The notes under the pieces were generated by a model that was not told where the DNA came from, did not search any database, and saw only the letters and a program-made list of their open reading frames with translations. 41,756 nt of DNA from Catajapyx aquilonaris (lineage: Eukaryota), in NCBI GenBank assembly GCA_000934665.2, contig JYFJ02003433.1:1-41756 (forward strand), read 5' to 3'. The position numbers and the translations under genes were made by a program. This document shows, piece after piece, positions 33,952 through 41,756 of the stretch. How positions within the stretch are numbered: position 1 is the stretch's first letter; every line of letters starts with the position of its first letter.

Positions 33952-34898
33952 GGGCTTGGTGGAAGAACCAGGTGGCTCCATTTTGTCAAGATTTGAGAAA
34001 ACTGCAAAAATTTGTCTAAAAAATTCAGATTTCACACCAGAAGTGTAAAAATAAATACAGGTGAACTACTCACAATGGCTATTAAAATGATATTAAGTAG
34101 TAAGCCGGTAACCAAATAAATCATAAGTAAATAAATTTTAAAATCCGTGGAGCTACCTGGTTCTTTCACCAAACAACCAACAGCACGGGAGCCTCTCGAA
34201 GTGCTAAGCGACCTTCATGTTCAAATAATTTTTTATCAGCTTCTGCACCTGCTAGAAAGAAAGCACTCTTCCGGAGATGTCCTCGATCTCAAGTGTTTTT
34301 GAGATATGGGGGTCAAAAGATCAAAAAATAGAACATTTTATGAAAGGCCCTGAAGAAGCTATCATCTTTAGTGCTATCGGCGAGATTTTTGGTACTTAGC
34401 GGTTTCTTGGGATGGGGAATCTAATGGAAAGGCCGGTTGTTGGGGACAGGGGTGCACGGCAAAAAAAACTTAATTTGAAAACAGTAATTTCAACGGGTGG
34501 TAGGGTGTGCGTATGGAAGAAGCTGGGAATGGGTCTGAAGGACCAGCGACGATCTGTTTCGGAGATGTCGACCTTTGACATCGACGATCTCCATCCTTTC
34601 AAGTGGGGATACCCCTGTGCATTCTTGCATTGCTGGTTGCCGGAGTCAGGCGGTTGAGCTACTATTTGGCGGTGCGAGCGCCTGACTGCAGCAACCAGCA
34701 ATGGAGGCATGTACGGAGGTATCCAGACTTGCAAGGATGGACATCATTGATGTCAAAGGTCGACATTTCATGTCTCGAGGAAAGCTTGGACGTACATGAT
34801 TCTTTGACTAAACTATGGACAGTTTTTTTCTTCATAGGATCCCATGATTAACTCATTTTCCATGAAAAGTGGAGCTACCTGGTTCTTTCCCCGAGCCC
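33952..34898. mobile_element. Harbinger-like non-autonomous element with a duplicated right end
   Basis: gggct..gaagaaccaggtggctcca versus tggagctacctggttctttc at both 34148 and 34870; internal inverted repeat at about 34564-34768. Confidence 0.65.
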
Positions 34899-35149
34899 TT
34901 CAACATGTTGGGTGAAAGGTGGAAAATAAGACTTGACCAAATGTAGGTGACTGGGTAGGGATTTGAATCCCAGATCTCTCTCTTGGTTGGCCAGTGGCAT
35001 AACCACCAGACCACATGTCCCCCTCTCCCTGGAAGTATACCTAGTTGCTATATGCTAATCCTCTATGATGCCTGATATTTTGAAACCACTTGCATGGTAG
35101 AGATTCAAAAACAATTTGCCAGCAGTTTTTATTTTTTGACTGCCCGTAA

Positions 35150-35550
35150 AGGTGCGTTTACATGTGGGAGATTTGATTGGAGATTTGTATCACGGGCAAT
35201 GTGATCGCACGTGAATTGTAGCGGTTCTGACGTCATGACGCAAGCGATAGCGCTTATGCATCGCCCATGTGTTTACATGCTGGCGATGTGCATCGCCACG
35301 GCATGCCAACAGTACAGTAACCTGTACTTGTAACCAGTAACTGTACTGTTGGCATGGTGTGGTGATGTCATCGCCATCTCCTATTTCAAACAGACCTGAA
35401 CCAGACCTGAGCGTGGACCTGAGCGATGTCATCTCCGATGCCCTCCCTTCTTAAACGCAATTGCTACTTTTGGCCCAAATCACTGCTTTTGTTAGGATTT
35501 CATATCCGGAGATGCAAATCTAAGCAAATCTCCCACATGTAAACGCACCT
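35150..35550. mobile_element. PIF/Harbinger-like MITE
   Basis: Perfect TIR aggtgcgtttacatgtgggagatttg with TAA/TTA flanks. A second small TIR element abuts it (35553-35659). Confidence 0.85.
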
Positions 35551-36217
35551 TTAGGGCAGGTTTGACAAAGCCTGGTTTTGATAAAACGCAACTTTTGGAA
35601 AATCCCTTTTCTATTTGCAGGGATTTTCCGAAAGAACCGGGGTTTGTGAAACCGGCCCTATATGACCAAAAACCACCGGTTTTAAAAACTTCATATTAGA
35701 CAAAATAATTTTGTACTACATGACACATGCATGTTTTTTGCGGGTCTTACTGCACAGTGCTCATAAATTTTCTTGTTGAAGTCCACCCCAAAGTTACTAG
35801 GTGACTGGTTAGATGCCTGTTAGTTGTGACATAGCCCAAGTATTTTGCATGCAAGAGTAATGCAAGTTGTGCAAGTTATTGATTTAAACAGCGTAATGTG
35901 CATCATAATTTTTCGCTAAATGATAATAGCATATACTCTATAGCTAGGAATTGGCTACTAAAATCTGCAAATAAAGTGTACTTCGCCATGTCATTACACA
36001 GCACATACAGTATGCTGGCTCTATTATTGCATGCGCTATGACAAATTCCCTAGTACTACTACTGCTATGCATTTATAACAAGTGGCATTAAGGCCCACAT
36101 GTGATCACTGATCAGTAGTACTTAGATATAAAACAAGTCCTCTATTCTTGTTATTCAGTGTCGTTAACAACATTAGAAAAAATGAATAACCGGCATCAAC
36201 CATTTGTTTTAGATATA

Positions 36218-36756
36218 CGAGTTAGGCAGCAAAAGTTTCAGGCCTGACTATGTTCCAGGTGTGATGGATATAAAATGACAGTGTCATTTTTCAATACTAG
36301 TCTTCTTGTACTACATCACACTCCTTACATCTCTGGATTAGCAAACAATCCCATTGGAAAAATTATCAGAAGTTTTGTCTGCAAGTGCTTATAAACTGCC
36401 TCCTGCAACTCTTCATTTATTCCTCCTGGAATATATTTTTTGAGTTTTGAAAAGAGGTAAAAGCCACTGGGGGCCAGGTCTGGGCTGTAGTATGGTTAGT
36501 CATGCTCCTCAAAGTTAGAGTCTCTGTTCAAGAGCACTGAGAGTAAGGCTTTCCTCTTGGTACTCGATTTTCAACATGATCTGAAATGCTGCAACTCGTC
36601 TGACTGAAATTAAGTTTACTCAAATGTGTGATGCAATTTGCAAGCAGAAACTTGTACACTAGTCCACTCATGAATAGCGCTGCCTGACACTACCATTGTT
36701 TTATATCCATCACCCCTGGAACATAGTGAGGCCAGAAACTTTTGGCACCTACCTCA
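36218..36756 (-). mobile_element. mariner-derived MITE
   Basis: TA TSD and about 60-bp TIR; minus strand at about 36495-36435 reads PYYSPDLAPSGFYLFSKLKK. Confidence 0.85.
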
Positions 36757-37213
36757 TACTTTTGATTATGCAACCCACCCTAAGGTGGTATGGGAGTTAT
36801 GGAAGAAATAGGTAAAGGAAATGGCTTAGGTAACGAAACACTGTTGCAGAGCACACTCACATCAAGTGTACCACTCATTTGACTTTCAATGTGATCACAA
36901 CTGCCATGCCGCCTTAAATATGTTTCAGGGATTCAACACACTTGCCTTCTTAAAACTGAAAATCAAATTTCCCCAACATATTCTACTGTTTAATTTGAGT
37001 TGCCTAATGTGCAACTCCCACCAATTGACACCCAAATATTTTCTTTTGGCATCCCTTTCTATTTGTCCTCCTACCTTTTCCTATCCTCATTTTCTGTAGG
37101 CGCGAAACGCAAAGAAGAGATACAGCAGCAAAGCAGGAAGGAAAGGTTGACTCCTGTTCCACCAACCCCCCATCTGCAGACCAAAACCGATTTGCACGCA
37201 AATCTCCTTCCAG

Positions 37214-37434
37214 CAGCCCCTGCTCCATCAGAGAATGGAGGTGACACCCGCCTTTTTGACCTGGCCAAGTCTGTCCATTGGATAGTGGAGGATGGTGATG
37301 GTATCAAGCGTAAAAGGAGGGTTGGAGGGGGAGTTGGGATGGGAGGAGATGAGAGTGAAGATGAGGATTCCTTCAACACCCCTCCAGTAAACGACATCTA
37401 CCGGGCTAGGCAGCAGAAAAGGGTGAAGACTTGA
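37214..37434 (+). CDS. CSTF3: CstF-77 last coding exon (AAPAPSENGGDTRLFDLAKSVHWIV...PPVNDIYRARQQKRVKT*)
   Basis: DIYRARQQKR C-terminus and the su(f)-like FDLAKSVHWIV motif; stop TGA at 37432-37434. The acceptor is ambiguous (37100, 37214 or 37217). With 37214 and the tentative exon 1, the CDS sums to 2136 nt. Confidence 0.9.
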
Positions 37435-37568
37435 GTGTTGTGTAGTGAAAATGACTTGAATCCGTTCCGTTTGTCAGAACAAGTACTATAAATTTAGTTG
37501 TATAAGTGGTGGATGTGACTTGCTTGTGACCCATCCATTGTGACCCATAAAGAAGAAGTTGGTGTACT

Positions 37569-37582
37569 TTTATTGTTTTATT
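37569..37582 (-). terminator. Tandem AATAAA poly(A) signals, probably for FIBP
   Basis: TTTATT on + at 37569-37574 and 37577-37582, about 560 nt downstream of the FIBP stop. Confidence 0.55.
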
Positions 37583-37797
37583 TCACCTTCTTTTTAAATA
37601 ATAGTTATGGGTAGTGCCCCAATCAAGCCTAGATTGTCTATTTGTTGAAGTTGTACCGAGTTGTACAGTAGAGTAGCTCTTCTCTGTAAAGCCCAAGCAC
37701 TACAGTCAGAATATTATTATATACCCTGTCTTGTAACACATGCATGTGAAAGTGTCTTGTGATTATACTGTGCTGATACTACAGTGTTGGACATTAA

Positions 37798-37927
37798 TCA
37801 AGGCATACTGCTAGCGACATTTTCCAAAGCGGCACAAGAACGAATTGAAGATAAGGATACTTCAAGCCGGGCGAGCAAGATTCCTTCTTCTGCCGCTTCG
37901 GAAAATGTTGCTAGTAATATGCCTCGA
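37798..37927. mobile_element. MITE/hairpin in the FIBP 3' UTR region
   Basis: aggcatactgctagcgacattttccaaagcggca / tgccgcttcggaaaatgttgctagtaatatgcct. Confidence 0.78.
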
Positions 37928-38143
37928 TATATGTGCAACACTGTACATGAGCATGGGCGGGATGACTGGCAGGATGAAGTGCAAATGCCAAGTCGTAACA
38001 GTTTGGTGTTTTGTGCTTCCCCCTGGAGATACTCTGGCAATTCATCATTGACACATGAAAGCTAGGGTTCTTGAACCTAGTGTATTTCTTCCCAAGCAAA
38101 AGAACATTACTGCTGCATCTCCATGTCTTCCTGATGCATTGTG

Positions 38144-38222
38144 TTAAGAATGATACATTTTCATCAAACATGCACTGACTCCATCCATGTACTGCTTCCA
38201 CACACCCTTCAGGTCAGACTTT
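38144..38222 (-). CDS. FIBP: FIBP last coding exon (G-KSDLKGVWKQYMDGVSACLMKMYHS*)
   Basis: Translated by hand. Acceptor tttacag| in phase 2 fits the upstream exon. Matches the FIBP C-terminus LWDRYMGTLRGCLLRLYHD; stop TAA at 38146-38144. Confidence 0.9.
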
Positions 38223-38810
38223 CTGTAAAGAAACAGGACATTTAGATCTGGCTGCACTGCATACAAGTCATCTTATTAATCTCTCAGAAATGTTGTACTA
38301 CAAGTTGCCTACCATCACAGGCTCAATCCTGAATGATTTCAAGATAAGCAGTGAACTAGTGCATTCTCAATTCCCCCTAAAATAATCGCCTTATTTTTTT
38401 CACCCTCTGTCTCGTGCTCTGTCTGGAATGCTCTGGTGGGTGGGGCGGAGGGAGGGAGGAGGCCTTGGTGAGTGCTGCCACCTTCTGGTCACTCCACTAA
38501 ATCATGAGGCAAGGGGAAGGGTGGCTGGGTAGGTAGCCTGCGGGGGGGACGGAGGGTTGCTTGGTGGGTGGGTCACTGGCTCACTGCGTAGTGGAGAGTA
38601 GGGTCGCGCTGCCCACGCATTAGTTGTTGCTCAAACAAGAAGTCGTGGTGATGTTGCTCCAGAAATCTGGATCCCAAACAAGGACTCTGCAACAGCAGTC
38701 GCTTATTGATCACTGGGCTCCACGCTCATTTCATTGCTGCCGAAATAGTGTCGGAATGCAATTGCGGTCATGTCGTTTTCTTGCCCTGAATTACCTTAGC
38801 TCCCATCAAT

Positions 38811-39246
38811 ATGCTGTTTGTTCTGAAACGTCGCCAGTTTCCTATCATCCCAGCCCATGCCATGACGATCAACAAGTCGCAGAGCCAGACTTTTGAGCAA
38901 GTAGGCATTTACCTGGATGAACCTGTCTTCTCGCATGGCCAGCTGCATGTGGCACTGTCCCGGTCTCGCAACACAGGTCAGGTCAAAGTGTTCACTACTC
39001 CTACTGCTCAACACGAAACATTGCTCTCCAACAACCGAGTGTTTACACAGAATGTTGTATATTGCGAGGTTTTATGAATACTTTTCTCATGTCCGATTCC
39101 AGAGGTATACAGTAGGCTATGTCGATTGATTCAATGCCACTAAATTTTTCAACCCCGTCTTACCGCGAGTCCTCTCATACCATTTTTTCATTCCCATTGT
39201 CTTCCTCATTGCAGCTTTTGCCAAATTTTGGCTACGAGTGCACTAG
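38811..39246 (+). mobile_element. Helitron remnant: PIF1-like helicase C-terminus plus 3' end
   Basis: RRQFPIIPAHAMTINKSQSQT..VGIYLDEPVFSHGQLHVALSR..NVVYCEVL*. Hairpin gccaaa-t-tttggc (39220-39232) is followed by CTAG (39243-39246) and T. Confidence 0.88.
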
Positions 39247-39284
39247 TGTGACAATAATAGCTTAAGATGTGGTTTGCAGATAAT

Positions 39285-39759
39285 GGGTGGAATGTTCGTC
39301 GTACTACTAGTTACTTTTTTTTGTTTTTTTTAATGTTACCCCGTGATAAGGCTGAGCCTTTTTAGGGGGGGTGGAATACCACCATTTCACTCCATTTTCA
39401 TATATTAACTTCATTCACCGGTGCAAGGAGTCAAGGATGCAGGGTAGGGATAGGGATTTTTGGAGAGGGAACATGTGGTGCAAGTGCAATGTCGGTAAAG
39501 GGGTCATGTGCTGTTCCCCAGGAGGTTAGGTTGCCAGACACCTCCTTGGTGCAGGTCAGAGACCCTCATGACGCAGGTGAAAGGAAAGTTCCCCAGGCGG
39601 GGATCGAACCTGGGGCCTTTCACTCAGCAAGCCGAGACGTTACCATCTCGGCCATCTACACCTCCCCTACTACTAGTTACTTTTAACTTATTAGTAACAG
39701 TGTAATGCTATGGTACTTGGAAGTTAAAAGTAACTAGTAGTATGACGAAAATTCCACCC
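39285..39759. mobile_element. MITE interrupted by SINE B
   Basis: gggtggaat.ttcgtc.tactactagttacttt / aaagtaactagtagtatgacgaaaattccaccc. Confidence 0.7.
39319..39667 (-). mobile_element. SINE family B
   Basis: Reverse complement of the 1495/27111 family; 17-bp TSD tactactagttactttt (39302-39318, 39668-39684). Confidence 0.92.
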
Positions 39760-39825
39760 AATACTCCAATTTGGTTTACTTGTAACTGCATGTAGTGGCA
39801 TCCATTGATATAAGAATACACTCAC

Positions 39826-40305
39826 CCTCTGAGGACATCTAAGTCAAGAGCAGTCTCCGTGTAGACACGTAAAAAAGTGCTCATTTCCTCCACTGACCAT
39901 TGTAGCTGCTTTGAAGGTTCCACATACTTTTCAACTAGATCCACAAAGAAGTCTCTCAGGTCCTTACTGTGATTGAGGCTATATGCTATGTTGATGAGTG
40001 TCCGACTGTACACCTTGAAGTTCCCATCTACTTCTGAAAAGGTCTTTTCAGTAACTTGGGTTCGAAGCCGAGCACACACGAGATGGCGGTGTTCCTTTTC
40101 CTTGTCAAGCAGGACACGAAGGTCCCTCAAGTACATCAGAAATTCCCGGTCCAACTCTGTGTCTGGGGAATGATCCCTACTGCTGGTCCAGTGGGTCATC
40201 ATGGCATTGGCACAATGGTAAAAATCGTCAAAGGTTAGATACTGCAACTTACGCTTGCTTGTTTCAAAGCGGTTGCAGGTGATAAATGCCACTGCTGCAT
40301 ATTTC
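39826..40305 (-). CDS. FIBP: FIBP (FGF1 intracellular binding protein) penultimate coding exon
   Basis: KYAAVAFITCNRFETSKRKLQYLTF...DLRDFFVDLVEKYVEP matches FIBP (human [24 protein letters not shown]...DVRDLFVDLVEKFVEP). Acceptor ttttcag|, donor GG|gtgagt; 480 nt. Confidence 0.93.
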
Positions 40306-40765
40306 CTGAAAAGGATAAATGAACGAATTAGATCACTTGTGGCTTTTATGGTATTTTGTGGATTTCCATGTAATCCATAGCCAGTTTTTTTCTACTGGAA
40401 CAGTCCAACCAGTACTACCTTGGTCAAAAGGTAGGTACATAATTAGCAATATTATCCCCAAAAAATCAGGACAACTCAGCTGCACCCACCCCATGGGGCA
40501 CTCGACTAATTGTTTGGTGTGCCTACCTTTTGCTGTGACACACAAGCAACAATTTTCAAACTTGATGCCAAGTTAGCTGCTGGTAGTGGTAATAATAAGC
40601 AACTGACATTAATACCAAGCAGCTGCAGCCATCTCTTCAAAATGGTCACTACCCTCCATCCAGTCCCTTCACCCCCTCTCCCCCATTAAAATTAATTACA
40701 GCTCCCAAACTGGGATAAACAGTTGGTCACCCCCCTCTGTGGCTTGAGGTTACAGAATATGGCAT

Positions 40766-40982
40766 TATAGATCGGTCAACATAAGAATGCAACCGAGTGT
40801 GCATCGCCGTGGCGCACAGGATGCAATACTGGAATCAGAAGTGATATGTATGGCCATGCCAGTGTCAGAAATAAGTGTAACCTACAACTGATCATATCGT
40901 GCTTACGCACATATCACGTCTCATTCCAGGATTGCATCCTGTGCGTCACACTCGGTTGCGTTCTTATTTCGACCGATCTATA
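40766..40982. mobile_element. MITE
   Basis: tatagatcggtc.a.ataagaa.gcaaccgagtgtg inverted ends. Confidence 0.8.
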
Positions 40983-41214
40983 GCATGTTTGTGATTTGCA
41001 AGTATAATTTTTGTGCTTTTTCTTGGTGCTGATGTAAGGATAGAACCTATTAGGAGCATGAAAAAATACTACCAATCCAGGTCCTAGGTTTATTTCGACC
41101 GATCTATAGCATGTTTGTGATTTGCAAGTATAATTTTTGTGCTTTTTCTTGGTGCTGATGTAAGGATAGAACCTATTAGGAGCATGAAAAAATACTACCA
41201 ATCCAGGTCCTAGG
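40964..41214 (+). repeat. Exact 125-bp tandem duplication (period 126)
   Basis: 40964-41088 equals 41090-41214; also seen as a repeated peptide in ORF 40914..41201(-). Confidence 0.95.
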
Positions 41215-41415
41215 AGGTGCTGTCTGCTTTACTGGCACATTAGTTAACCATTTGTCTCCCACTCGATAATGCACTCTGGGTGGGGGTTTAAAAATAGCGC
41301 CCTAGGTGAAAATCACTGGATATGGCACCATTGGTTTTGCTCTCGATTCATGCACAAGATGGGGCTGAAGCGTCGCAAGGCCTACAAACCCGAGTTGCAT
41401 CTTGAGAGAGCCACA

Positions 41416-41556
41416 TACTATGGGGCTCAAATTGTTTGGCTACTTTATCCTGCTCTTGAAGCAACCCTTCACACACACCTGCTCATCGTGGGGCCTGTGT
41501 GAAGGGTTGCTTCAAGACCAGGATAAAGTGGCCAAAACAATTTGAGCCCCATAGTA
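41416..41556. mobile_element. Hairpin MITE (arms of about 60 bp)
   Basis: tactatggggctcaaattgttt..ttgaagcaacccttcacaca mirrored to 41556. Confidence 0.8.
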
Positions 41557-41756
41557 CCGCCCCATATGCTATGCACGAGAAGGTGACGTCATCCTCATCC
41601 TAGTGTGACATCTACGCGGGTTTTTTAAGGCGGCTTCCATCCCTAGTATATTTCCAAGATAATGGGGAAGTAGCCTTCATTTTGGAAACTACATAATAAA
41701 TTCGCCCATATTTTTTGGATTTTTTTGGCATATTCCATTTTAAGATATCAGTTTCC

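Noticed and set aside
37100..37145. Separate mini-exon ending at AG|gttgac
   Set aside because: Its phase would not match the 37214/37217 acceptors; alternative 3' splice-site use is the simpler model.
38811..39077. Host PIF1 helicase gene
   Set aside because: Only a C-terminal fragment with Helitron-type motifs and a Helitron-like 3' end, lying in a FIBP intron.

Overview
Eukaryotic (arthropod-like) genomic DNA, not prokaryotic. The window holds a nearly complete multi-exon gene on + for cleavage stimulation factor 77 kDa (CSTF3 / Drosophila suppressor of forked). It has 11 well-supported coding exons from 4538 to a stop at 37432-37434, plus a tentative ATG-only exon 1, giving about 711 aa with consistent splice phases. 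Convergent with it on - are the last two coding exons of FIBP (40305-39826, 38222-38144). The introns are packed with nested non-autonomous DNA transposons (mariner remnants, piggyBac-, Kolobok-, Harbinger-, pogo- and hAT-like MITEs, a long foldback element), Helitron remnants, at least four tRNA-derived SINE families and microsatellites. I found no convincing wholly new biological system. The best leads are: candidate autoregulatory truncation signals in the two CstF-77 introns that match the regulated introns of vertebrates and flies, a GC-AG intron, alternative in-frame acceptors, a tightly packed convergent poly(A) region shared with FIBP, modular SINEs, and a ~440-bp-arm intronic hairpin. 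Family assignments rest on my recall of consensus sequences, not on database searches.
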